A DNA stretch of 64,000 bases from Nitrospirota bacterium (GCA_963788195.1 CAWBGA010000017.1:448001-512000); one strand, 5' to 3'; numbered from the stretch's first letter, positions 51,029-63,272 are shown. Numbers and translations: made by a program. The notes: a model not told the origin generated them from the sequence alone.

Positions 51029-52010
51029 CTAGTCAATCGCAGAGCGCTGTTTTTTGAATCTCCAGGCCGCCAGTGCGGCCAAGCCGCTCCCTAAAAGAAC
51101 AAGCGATGCGGGTTCCGGGACGACCCCGTCTACCCCGTCTATTGGCGGGCAAGGCGCCTGACCAGGTTGCCCACAGCCAATGACCGTGCCTGCGCCACCG
51201 CCGAGAGCGACAGCCACCGGGCTATTGTTCACTGGGCCAGTCACCAGTACGCTCAATCCCCCGAAGTCTCCGGAAAACCAGGTCGTGCCAGGGAGTGGCA
51301 TTGCTTAGAACGGCGCTTGTCAATCCCGGCAAGGGCCGTCGGCACCCGCCGGCGTGAGTGTCAGTTACCGGAATCGCAACCGCCTCCACACGTCGTTGAC
51401 CACGATTCCAGGTATAAGGTGGACAGCCATCCAAAGCCTCCCGTGATCCCACGTCTGGCTATGGGCAAAGAGGCCGCCGCCTTGCGCAGGAGTCCCAGCG
51501 CCTCCCACAAAATTGTTGATATCGGTCGAATGGCTGTTCATCGCCGCGATTTCGGCCGCAGTGATGCCGCCACCGACTTGACCCGTATTCGTGGGCATGT
51601 ACAAAATCCCGGTATTCGCCAAGGTGGTCGTGCCGATGTTTGCGAAATAATTGTTAATCCCTGTGGCTCCGGTGATAGTGGTATGCGTCCAACCCAAACC
51701 CGGCAATGCCGAAAGATTAAAGCCAGAGTTGAATCGCCTGCCGAAGCGTGACTCCGATTACAGCCGAGGACACACAGCGGTTTGGTTGCGCATTACCCAC
51801 ATTGGGGGCCAAATTTTCAAAACCTTTTTGGATATACAGCCATCCAGTTAGGTTGGCAGGGTTGGCGCCTCCCGTAGCGGAACCGTGATCGTCCGAATCC
51901 GTGCCGTCAATGATGACCGGACCAGCAGAGACCGAAGAAACCCACCCGACAAGGGTAAGGCCTAGGAAGAATGTCATCGACGTTCTTAACTTGCCCGTTG
52001 TTCGCCTCAC
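51029..52010 (-). CDS. PEP-CTERM sorting domain protein, several frameshifts
   Basis: Signal peptide + GPVIIDGTDSDDHG (51717..52010), middle 51365..51706, VPEPASLVLLGSGL (51029..51301). Confidence 0.85.
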
Positions 52011-52077
52011 CGGTTTACCTCCCTGCTTATGTACTTCAGACGTACCCGTAGACCACCACTAGGTTTAAGTAGTTTTA

Positions 52078-52161
52078 AGCACAAGAAATGCCACATTGTA
52101 AGACCATGAAAAAATGATAGAATTTTGATTTACCGCCTGGAACTGTCAATGTTTGTTGTCA
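52078..52161 (-). promoter_or_regulatory. sigma-54 promoter plus imperfect upstream box
   Basis: Minus strand TGGCATTTCTTGTGCT 52078-52093; TGTCAATGTTTGTTGTCA 52144-52161. Confidence 0.65.
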
Positions 52162-52380
52162 GCACCATCGGCGTGGCGGGATCCGAACGTCCTGTGCGAG
52201 GAAGCTTCATTTGACTGATTTCATTTATAATTTCATGACTTAGCAGTGGCTCTCCAGGGCCGCTAAGGTTTTTTGATGCGCCCCTTGGGGTGTTAAATTC
52301 CCTGACAGCCCACTGATCGTATATAGAGCGACTCATGATGCATAAGGCAGAAGGAAAAGTCTGATGAAATCTGGGGCGGG

Positions 52381-53298
52381 TTAAAGGGACGAGAGCCAGG
52401 CAGCGTGTTTCTTGTCACGGCCCCGCACAACGTCGAAGAAGGCCATTTGCAGGTCTTTGGTGACCGGACCCGGCGTCCCTGGTCCGATCTTGCGGTCGTC
52501 CAATTCTCTGATCGGAGTGAGTTCCGCAGCGGTCCCGGTCATGAAAACCTCATCGGCGATATAGAGCTCATCACGGGTAAATCGCTCCTCCACAACAGTC
52601 AGGCCCCGCTCTCGCGCGAGCTCCATGATTGAATTGCGCGTGATTCCTTCCAAGATAGAAGTCAGCGGCGTGGTTTTGAGTACGCCGTTTCTGACCATAA
52701 AAATGTTCTCGGCGCTGCCTTCTGACACGTAGCCCTCGGGGTCGAGCAGGATTGCTTCATCGTATCCGGCAGCTTTCACCTCACGCTTCGCCAAAATCGA
52801 GTTGACGTAATACCCCGAGATCTTGGCTCTGGTCATGCTGACATTGACATGATGGCGAGTGAAAGACGAGACTTTCGCGCGGATGCCGTGCTTAAACGCT
52901 TCCTCGCCCAGGTATGCCCCCCAGGGCCACGCTACTATCGCCACACGGACCGGATTGTCCGGACAATACAGGCCCATATCCCCATCGCCGATAAAGACGA
53001 GCGGCCGGATATAACATTCTTCCAACCTATTGATCCGCACCGTTTCACAAATCGCGTCGGCGATTTCTTTCTTGGCGAATGGGATCGACATCAGGGTGAT
53101 ATGGCAGGATGCAAACAAGCGGTCCACATGCTCTTGGAGACGAAAAACGGCGGAGCCATGCTCACCTTTATAGCAGCGTATCCCTTCGAATGCGGCGAGC
53201 CCGTAATGGAGGCTATACGTCAGCACATGGATCTGGGCCTCTTTCCAAGGGACGAGTTTTCCATCCAGCCAGATTTTTTCGGATTCTTTGACCGCCAT
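52381..53298 (-). CDS. ilvE: branched-chain amino acid aminotransferase
   Basis: SLHYGLAAFEGIRCY, YIRPL, ILEGITR, TGTAAE. Confidence 0.96.
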   Translation of the reverse strand: MAVKESEKIWLDGKLVPWKEAQIHVLTYSLHYGLAAFEGIRCYKGEHGSAVFRLQEHVDRLFASCHITLMSIPFAKKEIADAICETVRINRLEECYIRPLVFIGDGDMGLYCPDNPVRVAIVAWPWGAYLGEEAFKHGIRAKVSSFTRHHVNVSMTRAKISGYYVNSILAKREVKAAGYDEAILLDPEGYVSEGSAENIFMVRNGVLKTTPLTSILEGITRNSIMELARERGLTVVEERFTRDELYIADEVFMTGTAAELTPIRELDDRKIGPGTPGPVTKDLQMAFFDVVRGRDKKHAAWLSSL

Positions 53299-53522
53299 GC
53301 GGCCGCGTACTCTCCAGAAATGATGACGGAAAATATAACAGCGCCTCGGCATCAAGTCAAACAACGACACAGCCTTCGTCGCACTATCTTTACTGTAATT
53401 TACTGAACAATCTCAGGGCCGCTGGACCCTGTGGGATTCTTTTACAGTCTTCCCTTCCTTGACAACCTGCCCCTGCTATGTTATTAATTTTCCCCAGTTT
53501 ATACGGAGTCAAAGCCGCCGTC

Positions 53523-53837
53523 ATGTACGCAATCGTTGAAACCGGAGGGAAGCAGTATCGAGCCGACCCGGGGGAGATCCTCCAGGTAGAACACCTCAAA
53601 GGTGATGTTGGAACCGTCGTCACCTTTGGGAAGGTTCTGTTCTTCTCGGGAGATAGCGGGAACAAGCTGGGAACGCCCGCGCTCGACAACGCCAGCGTCA
53701 GCGGACAGATCGTGGAACAGGGGCGATCTCGGACCGTCACTGTTTTTAAGAAAAAGCGTCGGAAGAATTATCGCCGGACGAAAGGACACCGCCAATCCTT
53801 TACAAAGGTTCGGATCACGGATATTTTGGGAGTTTAA
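53523..53837 (+). CDS. rplU: 50S ribosomal protein L21
   Basis: [17 protein letters not shown]. Confidence 0.98.
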   Translation: MYAIVETGGKQYRADPGEILQVEHLKGDVGTVVTFGKVLFFSGDSGNKLGTPALDNASVSGQIVEQGRSRTVTVFKKKRRKNYRRTKGHRQSFTKVRITDILGV

Positions 53838-53841
53838 AGCT

Positions 53842-54105
53842 ATGGCGCATAAAAAAGGACAAGGGTCGTGTCGAAACGGCCGGGATAGCAACCCGCAGTA
53901 CCTTGGGGTCAAGGCGTACGGCGGTGAAGTGGTCACGGGTGGCAGCATCATTGTTCGCCAACGCGGGACCAAATTTCACGTTGGATTCAATGTGGGGAAA
54001 GGTAAGGACGATACGCTGTTCGCCAAGCTTGCCGGGACGGTGAGATTCGAAGGGCCAAAAGATAGGCGCCGCGTCAGCGTGTATCCACTCGAGAAAACCG
54101 CCTAG
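53842..54105 (+). CDS. rpmA: 50S ribosomal protein L27
   Basis: [24 protein letters not shown]. Confidence 0.98.
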   Translation: MAHKKGQGSCRNGRDSNPQYLGVKAYGGEVVTGGSIIVRQRGTKFHVGFNVGKGKDDTLFAKLAGTVRFEGPKDRRRVSVYPLEKTA

Positions 54106-54140
54106 CGCCGCTTAACCTTCGTCGTCAGCCTGTTTCTCAG

Positions 54141-54165
54141 AGCCGGCATTTGCCGGCTTTTTTTT
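54141..54165 (+). terminator. intrinsic terminator of rplU-rpmA
   Basis: AGCCGGCA-TT-TGCCGGCT followed by a T run. Confidence 0.85.
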
Positions 54166-54262
54166 GGGGGGAAAAGAAATCTGTCCCACGGGCCCCAGCC
54201 TGTCTGGCAGGCTTGGGGCGGGTGGGTGAGCATGATTTCAGGGTTGGGCGGGTGCAATGGCG
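54166..54262 (-). repeat. cluster F of the CCC-hairpin repeat family (nested pair)
   Basis: AGCCT-GCCAGAC-AGGCT unit (54187-54233) inside a GAAATC...GGAC-AGATTTC unit. Confidence 0.85.
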
Positions 54263-55299
54263 CTATCCTTCCGTACTGAGCGGCAAATCAAGCGTGAAGG
54301 ATGCCCCTTTTCCCGGCGCGCTCGCCACGCTCACGCGTCCACCCAACCGGTTGATAATGTCGCGGACAATGTGCAATCCGAGTCCGGTGCCCTTTCCTTG
54401 TTCCTTCGTGGTAAAAAACGGGTCAAAAATCTTGCCGTGGAGTTCGGGCGGAATCCCGGGTCCGCTATCGCTGATCGTCGCGCGGATAGAGCCGTTCACG
54501 GTGCTCGTCGATGCCTTCAACGTCCCCTCGCCTTGCATTGCCTGAACAGCGTTGGTGACCAGATTCACAAAAACTTGCAGGAGTTCATCGGGATTCCCCC
54601 GAATAGGCGGTAGCGGGCTGAAGTCCATCTGGATCTTCACCTCATCCAGGACACATGCCCGTCGCGCCATCTTCATCGCTTCTTCGATGATATGGTTCAC
54701 ATCAATGTCAGATAGATCCCCGGGGAACTCTTATGAGCGTACGCGTTTAAGTCTTTGACAATCGCGGCGATCCGGCGGCTCATCTCCATGATATCGTGAA
54801 CATACTCTTTGACGACTTCCGGACGAGTCTCATGTTCCAGACGTTCAGACAGACCGGTGATGCCGAACAGCGGATTGTTGATCTCATGGGCGATCCCAGA
54901 GGCGAGGACTCCGATCGTGGCAAGCTTCTCAGCCTGGATGAGCTGATCACGCAGATCGCGTTCGTATTGCGCTAACTGCCATACAAGGAGGGCCGAAATC
55001 CCTCCCAGGATCTCGGCCCCCGCTGGCTTGTTCTCTGCAATCAGCCGACCCATCGCCGGGTCGCCAGTGACATCTACAATAAGATCGGCGCGTCCATCGG
55101 CGATCAGTGTGGCGGCGTCCTGGGACGTCGGTATTCCCAGGTTTCGCGCGAGCGTGAGCGCGGGGGCCTGAGGGTTAATATCTGCAACACCGACGACCTG
55201 AACGCCATGACCTGAGGAGAACAGTTCGAGGAGGGCCTTACCGCCCTTCCCTGCTCCAATGATCAGAACACGAATCGTTCCTCGTCCTGCTCTCCACAA
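54263..55299 (-). CDS. cytoplasmic histidine kinase with N-terminal Rossmann-fold domain, frameshift near 54715
   Basis: VLIIGAGKGG, AHEINNPL, NAVQAM, FFTTK, GTGLGL. Confidence 0.88.
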
Positions 55300-55309
55300 G
55301 CATCTCGCA

Positions 55310-55741
55310 TTAAAATTGGTCGGACAACGTAAGGCGCTGAGCCATTGCCCCTTTCACGGCACTCAGGAGCTTCTCCCGATCTACCGGCTTGACGAGATAA
55401 TCGGTGACCCCCTGGGTGAGGAGTTCAGTCGCCATCTTGGTGTCTGGAAAACCAGTCAACACGATAATTGGCACCGAGGGGTATTGCTGCCGAAAAAACG
55501 CGATCGCTTCAACGCCATTGATCTTGGGCATACGGATGTCGCAGACAATGACATCCACCATGAGGGGATTGTCATCCGAGCCGATCTTTTTAATCCCCTC
55601 GCCGCCATTCTCAGCCTCAACGACCTCGTACCCTGCATCAGTCAACATGCCACGCAGAACTTTTCTGACGATCTCCTCGTCGTCAACAATAAGCACCCTC
55701 CCCATTCCCGGCGTATCCTTCGTGTGCAGTCCCCAGGGCAT
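55310..55741 (-). CDS. single-domain response regulator
   Basis: VLIVDDE, DIRMP, KPV. Confidence 0.92.
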   Translation of the reverse strand: MPWGLHTKDTPGMGRVLIVDDEEIVRKVLRGMLTDAGYEVVEAENGGEGIKKIGSDDNPLMVDVIVCDIRMPKINGVEAIAFFRQQYPSVPIIVLTGFPDTKMATELLTQGVTDYLVKPVDREKLLSAVKGAMAQRLTLSDQF

Positions 55742-55981
55742 ATGGCCTCCTTTTCTGGGCCCTTTATGAGCCCTTGGAATATCAAACTACGACAAATCTA
55801 GAAGGAGCAAATTTTAAGCCGCACGTGTTAATAATAAAACTACTAAATTATAGCCTAGTTATGTTTGAGAGGCCACCGGGTGTCAGTGCGGCCGGTGGGA
55901 ATGCACCACCGGCAGGTCCTTTTAGGCTACGGAGCAGAGAATAAAAGGAGGAGTCAGCCGCTGGAGAGGTAATATTAGAAT

Positions 55982-56021
55982 AAAAAAAAGGGCCGGGCGA
56001 TCCTGCGACCGCGCCGGCCCC
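55982..56021 (-). terminator. intrinsic terminator after the PEP-CTERM gene
   Basis: AGGGCCGG...CCGGCCC hairpin adjacent to an A8 run (U8 on the minus strand). Confidence 0.7.
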
Positions 56022-56046
56022 TAGAGGGTCTTCAAAACTTAGGAAT

Positions 56047-56757
56047 CTAGTCTTTCCTCTTCGCGCTCCACTTGCGCCAGCCCGCGAGTCCCGCCAAGCC
56101 AGAGCCAAGCAGCAACAAGGTAGCCGGTTCAGGGATTCCAGGAGGAGGTGGTGTATTTGGTCCCGGTGCGACAACCGACCCGATCGTGCCGATTGCCGTG
56201 TTGTTTGTATTAGGGTCTGACGGGGTATTCTTTGTAGAACCGCTCGTAAAGTTATGCAGAACCGCAACGTTTCCGATTGTGGTCTTGGCCGAGAAGCCCG
56301 TAAGCGTGCTGCCTGGTGTAGGAAGTGTCGATCCAGCTCCATCAGTCCAGAACCAGGTGAGGTTGCTCACAGCCGCCTGGTCAACAGGGGTCGTATTGTT
56401 CGGCGTTGCGCCACTAGCGAGGTTCAAAAATGACCATCCAAGTGGCTGGGTGTTCGATCCGGGAACGAACCCGCCGAAATCGTAGATCGTGAAAAAACTG
56501 GCAAATGTGGTGCCAAGTCTAGTGCCTCCCGCAGGGTCTTGTATAATCACCTGGGCGGTTGGCGCGGCGCCTGTGTTGATCTTTTGGTCACTGGCCAGAC
56601 CCACAGTATAAGCGAATGTGAAGGGCGCAACCGCCTCGGGGGGGACCCGGGCACAAGTGACGGCGTGAGTCCGGCGAGAACGTTATTTGAGAATGATACT
56701 GAACCAACCAGTACAAGATCCGATTATCAAGTCTTTTAGAATTCCGGTGCTTTTCAT
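56047..56757 (-). CDS. PEP-CTERM sorting domain protein, N-terminus frameshifted
   Basis: GGAGG RBS + ATG 56757; IPEPATLLLLGSGLAGLAGWRKW. Confidence 0.85.
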
Positions 56758-56799
56758 GACCCTCCAGAATGGTTGTCAATCGTTGTTGATGGTATTAAT

Positions 56800-56883
56800 A
56801 GCAGATTCGGTGCCAGAGTCTAATTAATTGAAAACATATGACATTACAAGTAGCAGTCTCAAAATACGTCCAAATTACAGACA
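56800..56883 (-). promoter_or_regulatory. sigma-54 promoter plus TGT-N11-ACA-like box
   Basis: Minus strand TGGCACCGAATCTGCT 56800-56815; CGTCCAAATTACAGACA 56867-56883. Confidence 0.75.
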
Positions 56884-57227
56884 CCTCTCATAAGAATCAT
56901 AACCCCCCGTACACATGGTAAAAGAAGGGAAAATCCCAAAAAAATACTTATTTATCAGCATATTAAGCCATTATGGCCTACCTCGACTCATTTTGCGTCT
57001 TCCCAGGTTTCAGCGATTCACGCTGTCAACTTTTTCGTCACTCCCGATTTCATACATCCGTCCGGTGATGAGAAATCGGGATAGGTGCCAGAGGCCATAC
57101 CACTGTCAAAGCCAATTACCTTGCCCCAGTACGGGTAGAATTTCACTGCGATTGCTAGTTGCCCGGACCGGATATATACTCCTGGTCTGGATCATTCGGT
57201 ACACTCCGCATGGGGATTTGGCAGGGA

Positions 57228-58279
57228 ATGTTCATTGATCAGGTCAAGATTTATGTGAAAGCTGGCGACGGCGGAAATGGCGTGTGCCGTTTTCGAAGGG
57301 AGAAGTACGTCCCACGGGGCGGCCCTGACGGCGGGGATGGGGGGGAAGGCGGCGATGTCATCCTGAAGGCTTCGACACGCCTTTCGACACTCATTGATCT
57401 CCAATATCAGCAGCATCACATCGCAAAAAGCGGCGGCGACGGAGAAGGCGGTAATCGCCATGGACGCAATGCGCCCGCGGTAGTGATTCAGGTTCCTATC
57501 GGCACCACTGCCAAAGACTCCGAGACCGGGGAACTCTTCTGCGATCTGACCGAAGACGACGAAGAAGCGATTGTCGCCCACGGAGGAAAAGGAGGACGGG
57601 GAAACTCCAGATTTGCCTCCCCCACCAATCGCGTTCCGATGCAACACGAAGACGGAACACCCGGCGAGGAGCATTGGCTTTTGTTAGAGTTGAAGCTGTT
57701 GGCGGATGTTGGACTGGTGGGATTTCCCAACGCCGGGAAATCCACCCTGATCAGTGCGATCTCGTCCGCCCATCCCAAAATCGCGGACTATCCCTTCACA
57801 ACGATTATTCCCAACCTCGGCGTCGTCCGCTATAGTGGGGGAACTCGCTCTCGGGGCAGTGGCGAGGGCAACAGTTATGTTGTCGCCGACGTCCCGGGAC
57901 TTATTGAAGGAGCGCACGAAGGCAAAGGGTTGGGCTTTCAGTTCTTGCGGCACTTGGAGCGAACGTCCTTTCTGCTGTACCTCATCGACATTTCCGAAAC
58001 CGCCTTGGAGGACCCGGTGCACAGCCTGAAGACCTTGCAGTCGGAGCTTCTATTGTATAACCCAGAGCTCGCGGGGAAGCCCTGTGCGGTTGCCGGCAGC
58101 AAATTGGACGCGTCAGGAGATGGCAGAGTGTCAAAAGACTCCAGGCGGAGTGCCGTAAGCAGAAAATCAAGTTATTTGAAATCTCGGCCGTGACAAAGGT
58201 AGGTTTACAGCCACTTATAAAATATCTTGGCGAGCAAGTGGCCATGAACAAAACCACTCGATGCGCCACCAGATCCTAA
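57228..58279 (+). CDS. obgE: GTPase ObgE/CgtA, frameshift near 58130
   Basis: [32 protein letters not shown]; tail [11 protein letters not shown] in second frame to TAA 58279. Confidence 0.96.
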
Positions 58280-59382
58280 AAGATGCCCGCCGCGTGGTTC
58301 TTAAGGTCGGCAGTCGCCTTCTGGCCTCGAAGGGACTGGGCCTGCACACAGATTGGATCGATCGCCTCGCGTCCCAATTAGCCGGTCTGAGCACCAACGA
58401 CAGAGACATCATTATGGTCTCCTCCGGCGCCATCGTCTGCGGCATCGACAAGCTCGGCCTGCGCGACTATCCAAAGACTCTGCCGCTAAAACAGGCGGCC
58501 GCGGCAGTCGGCCAGAGCCGGCTGATGTGGGCCTATGAAAAGGCTTTCGAGAAGGTGGGCCTCAAGGTTGCGCAGATCCTCTTAACCCGCGACGACCTTA
58601 CCAATCGCCACCGATTCTTGAATTCACGTCATACTTTGAACGCGCTGTTGGAGTTTGGCGTCGTACCGATCATCAATGAAAATGACACAGTGGCCGTGGA
58701 GGAGATTCGGTTCGGGGACAATGACAGCCTTGCGGGCATGGTTGCCCACCTCGTCGACGCTGATCTACTGGTCATCCTTTCCGACGTTGCCGGGCTCTTC
58801 AGCGAAGATCCACGCGTCAATCCCGACGCGACATTAATCTCGGTAGTCTCAGAGGTCACGGCTGATGTCCAGCGGCTGGCGGGCGACAGCGCCAGTTTCG
58901 AAGGCACAGGCGGCATGCGCACTAAAGTTTTGGCCGCAAAGACCGCCGCAAGCTATGGAGTAGCGACTGTGATCCTTGGCGGAGCGCGCATTGAGCAGCT
59001 CGCAGCCCTATTCGCCGGCGAGGAAGTCGGGACACTGTTTCTACCTCAGGAGCAGCAACTCACGAGCCGTAAGCACTGGATTGCGCATACGCTCAAGGCG
59101 AAAGGTCACCTGGTATTAGACGCGGGCGCCGTGGAAGCTCTCGTGCGGCGCGGCAAGAGCCTCCTGCCCTCGGGCATCACCGCCGTTCGCGGCACCTTTG
59201 AGGCCGGCGACAGCGTAGGATGCCTGGATGAATCGGGCCGCGAAATCGCAAAAGGCTTAGTGAACTATTCATCGCCGGCTATCGTTAAGATCATGGGCCT
59301 TCACAGCGCCGATATCCCGAAGACGTTGGGATACAAGGATTACGATGAAGTCATTCATCGTGATAATCTGGTGATCGAGTAA
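58261..59382 (+). CDS. proB: glutamate 5-kinase
   Basis: VLKVGS, NENDTV, FGDNDSL, GTGGMRTK, PUA domain. Confidence 0.97.
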   Translation: MRHQILKDARRVVLKVGSRLLASKGLGLHTDWIDRLASQLAGLSTNDRDIIMVSSGAIVCGIDKLGLRDYPKTLPLKQAAAAVGQSRLMWAYEKAFEKVGLKVAQILLTRDDLTNRHRFLNSRHTLNALLEFGVVPIINENDTVAVEEIRFGDNDSLAGMVAHLVDADLLVILSDVAGLFSEDPRVNPDATLISVVSEVTADVQRLAGDSASFEGTGGMRTKVLAAKTAASYGVATVILGGARIEQLAALFAGEEVGTLFLPQEQQLTSRKHWIAHTLKAKGHLVLDAGAVEALVRRGKSLLPSGITAVRGTFEAGDSVGCLDESGREIAKGLVNYSSPAIVKIMGLHSADIPKTLGYKDYDEVIHRDNLVIE

Positions 59383-59397
59383 ATAGGCCCGACGTTC

Positions 59398-59435
59398 GTC
59401 GGGGTACCCGTTGCTCTTTCTTTTGCAAGGGGTCA
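59398..59435 (-). repeat. partial extended unit of the CCC-hairpin repeat family (locus G)
   Basis: Reverse complement GACCCCTTGCAAAAGAAAGAGCAACGGGTACCCC resembles 31278-31310. Confidence 0.65.
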
Positions 59436-59574
59436 GGTGTCGAAGGAAGGCGGCCGAAATCTCGAAACGCGAAGAAGCGTCAGGGCATGAACGACAATTA
59501 AAGGCTGAAGTGGGGCAAAGAAAGAAGCATTAATTCGTTTGCCCTTCGACTGGGCTCAGCGACTGGCAGGAATG

Positions 59575-60525
<951 letters not shown>

Positions 60526-60539
60526 AGCGCACCTCCGGC

Positions 60540-60700
60540 GCGGCCCATCCTTGCGCAATGCGGGCTTCTGAGGCCCATGCGACTGTTCGGGCTCGTTCCA
60601 GCAACGAGCATGACGACCACGCTGAGCCACGGTCTTGGTGGACCGAGGGCGAATCGGTCTGTCATGCTCTGGTTGATGATACGCCATATCATTCACCGGT
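60540..60700 (-). ncRNA. IS110 bridge RNA (target- and donor-binding loops)
   Basis: LTG TTCGCCCT (60646-60653), RTG GGCTCAG (60622-60628), LDG ACAGTCGC (60579-60586), RDG GCGCAAG (60550-60556), with enclosing stems. Confidence 0.85.
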
Positions 60701-60766
60701 GAGGATCAAGATACAAGAATCAAGATACAAGGGCGAACGGATTAAGGACGACGAACTATAACCATT

Positions 60767-62017
60767 ATGTCTCTGGCTGATTACGTCATCACCAAAGTCT
60801 CGCAGGCTAAAGCGGCGGCCCAAGTGCTGGCGACGCTGTCTACCGAGGTGAAGAACACGGCGCTTACGGCTATGGCGGACGCCTTGGAGCGCAGCGAAAC
60901 CGACCTGCTCTCCGCGAACCGTCGTGATCTGAGTGCTGCAGCGGATCTCACTGCAGCCGCCATCGACCGGCTGACGCTCAACCCCAGGCGTATCAAGGAA
61001 ATGGCGGCAGGTCTGAGGGAAGTAGCTGCTCTTCCGGACCCTGTCGGCTACGTGCATGGAATCGTGAAACGTCCGAATGGAATGCAAGTTGGCAGAATGC
61101 GCGTTCCCATCGGCGTGATCGGGATCATCTATGAATCCCGTCCCAATGTAACGGCGGACGCGGCATCACTCTGTCTGAAATCCGGCAATGCGGTGGTCCT
61201 GCGCGGGGGATCCGAGGCAATCCTATCGAATGCTGCCATTGTAAAAGTGATCTCCGAGGCCGGGGCCAAGGCAGGGATCCCGGAAGGCGCGATTACATTT
61301 ATCGAGAATACGGATCGCCAGGTCTCCGCCTTGCTCCTCAAGCAGGACAAGTTCATTGACCTCGTTATTCCTCGCGGCGGGACGGGTCTTATGGAGTTCG
61401 TGACGGCAGAGTCGCGCATTCCGGTGATCAAACACGATAAAGGCGTTTGCCACACCTATGTGGACGCGAGTGCCGATTTGAAGATGGCTGAAGCGATCTG
61501 CTTCAACGCCAAGGTGCAGCGACCGGGTACCTGTAACGCGATGGAAACTCTCCTTGTCCATGCAGACATCGCTCCGACATTCCTGCCGCCCCTGATCGCC
61601 CGTTATCAGGAAGCGGGCGTTGTGGTGCGGGGATGTCCCCGGACTCAGGTCCTCGCGCCCACCGTGATGCCTGCCACAGATACCGATTGGGGAACTGAGT
61701 TCCTGGATCTGATTCTGGCAGTGCGGGTCGTGAAGGATATGACGCAAGCCATGGAGCACATCGCGCAGTTTGGCTCGCAGCATTCAGAGGCGATCATCAC
61801 CCAAGATGACAGTCTGGCTCAGCGGTTTTTGAGAGAGGTCGACGCCGCAGCCGTCTTCGTCAATGCATCCACTCGTCTGCATGATGGCTATCAGTTCGGT
61901 TTGGGCGCGGAGATCGGCATCAGCACGACCCGCATTCATGCCCGGGGAGCCATGGGGCTCGAAGAACTGACCACCAGCAAATTCATCGTCCTGGGATCAG
62001 GGCAACTCCGGGAATGA
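60767..62017 (+). CDS. proA: glutamate-5-semialdehyde dehydrogenase
   Basis: IYESRPNVT, LRGGSEA, CNAMETLL, GAEIGIST. Confidence 0.97.
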   Translation: MSLADYVITKVSQAKAAAQVLATLSTEVKNTALTAMADALERSETDLLSANRRDLSAAADLTAAAIDRLTLNPRRIKEMAAGLREVAALPDPVGYVHGIVKRPNGMQVGRMRVPIGVIGIIYESRPNVTADAASLCLKSGNAVVLRGGSEAILSNAAIVKVISEAGAKAGIPEGAITFIENTDRQVSALLLKQDKFIDLVIPRGGTGLMEFVTAESRIPVIKHDKGVCHTYVDASADLKMAEAICFNAKVQRPGTCNAMETLLVHADIAPTFLPPLIARYQEAGVVVRGCPRTQVLAPTVMPATDTDWGTEFLDLILAVRVVKDMTQAMEHIAQFGSQHSEAIITQDDSLAQRFLREVDAAAVFVNASTRLHDGYQFGLGAEIGISTTRIHARGAMGLEELTTSKFIVLGSGQLRE

Positions 62018-62673
62018 AAGTAGGGCTCTTTGGCGGGGCGTTTAATCCCATCCATCGCTGCCATCTTGTCGTTGCAGAATCCGCTCGTGAACGGCTCGGG
62101 CTAGATACCGTCCTGTTCATTCCTACGGGGGATCCTCCACACAAGCCTCCATCGGAATTCATTGCCTCAGCCCACCGCCTGGAGATGCTCAAGCTCGCCA
62201 TCGCTCCCTATCCGTATTTCCAGGTGTCGGAGATCGAGATGCACAGGCCGAACAAGTCCTATTCCATCGATACCGTTCGCGAACTTCGGCGGCATTACCC
62301 TTTGAATACGGAGCTGGTGTTTATTATCGGCCTGGACGCATTTCGTGAACTTCCCTCGTGGAAAGAGCCGGAGGCATTGCTCAGCAGTTGCGACTTTGCC
62401 GTCGTGGCCCGGGCGGGCTCGACCTTTGAGTCTCTAAACGAGCTGGCAATTCTGCAGGGAGACAACATAACAGAGCTGAAGAGAGTTGATGCGGGGGAGG
62501 TGGATTCGGTAAGACTTCCTTTGAGAAGCGGACGTGCTGTGTGGGCCATTCGGATTCCCCCGTGTAACGTGTCGGCGAAAGACATCAGAACCCGTTTGCG
62601 CCACGGCCAGGATCTCGAGAACGCTTTACCCCCTTCTGTTGAAGCGTATTTCCGGCGCATAGCCATTTCTTGA
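62014..62673 (+). CDS. nadD: nicotinate-nucleotide adenylyltransferase
   Basis: GLFGGAFNPIHRCH, PPHK, SYSIDT, IIGLDAF. Confidence 0.95.
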   Translation: MKVGLFGGAFNPIHRCHLVVAESARERLGLDTVLFIPTGDPPHKPPSEFIASAHRLEMLKLAIAPYPYFQVSEIEMHRPNKSYSIDTVRELRRHYPLNTELVFIIGLDAFRELPSWKEPEALLSSCDFAVVARAGSTFESLNELAILQGDNITELKRVDAGEVDSVRLPLRSGRAVWAIRIPPCNVSAKDIRTRLRHGQDLENALPPSVEAYFRRIAIS

Positions 62674-62831
62674 GTCCCTGGATGTGAATGAAGCGGTGTC
62701 CTTGAAAGACAATCACCGGTACGATATACTACCAAGCAAATGCACCGCCCCCACCTAATGAGAATCCTCCACGATCAAATATCCCTGAAGACTACAGCCA
62801 TTCCAAGAGCGCATATAGGAGGGCTTTTACG

Positions 62832-63269
62832 ATAACCAGAGATTCCCGGGCGAAGGCTCGGTTAGCTGCGCTGGCGGCGGAAGAAAAGAAAGCTTCTGAC
62901 ATCGTCATTCTGGACGTTTCCGGCGTATCGTGGATGAACGACGGTTTGGTGATCTGCAGCGCGGAATCAGAGCGGCAGGTCCAAGCCATCAAAGACAATA
63001 TTGATAAGACCTTCACTGAACAAGGGCATCGACTCTACGGACTCGAAGGGACGGAAGTGGGCGCCTGGGTGCTGATGGATTATGACGATGTAGTGGTCCA
63101 TATTTTCAAACGAGGCGTGCGAGAAAACTACGGCTTGGACCGGATTTGGAACGATGCCGCGAGGGTGCCGCTGCGAGCGCCATCCAAGCGATCCCCGTTG
63201 CAGGCGGCGCCTTCAACCGGCCGCGCGCGCCGTATACCTAAGGAGCGGTCGCTTAAACAATCAGGGTAG
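62832..63269 (+). CDS. rsfS: ribosome silencing factor (probable ATA start)
   Basis: EKKASDIVILDV, ERQVQAI, WVLMDYDDVVVHIF, YGLDRIW; position after nadD. Confidence 0.92.
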   Translation: MTRDSRAKARLAALAAEEKKASDIVILDVSGVSWMNDGLVICSAESERQVQAIKDNIDKTFTEQGHRLYGLEGTEVGAWVLMDYDDVVVHIFKRGVRENYGLDRIWNDAARVPLRAPSKRSPLQAAPSTGRARRIPKERSLKQSG

Positions 63270-63272
63270 CGG

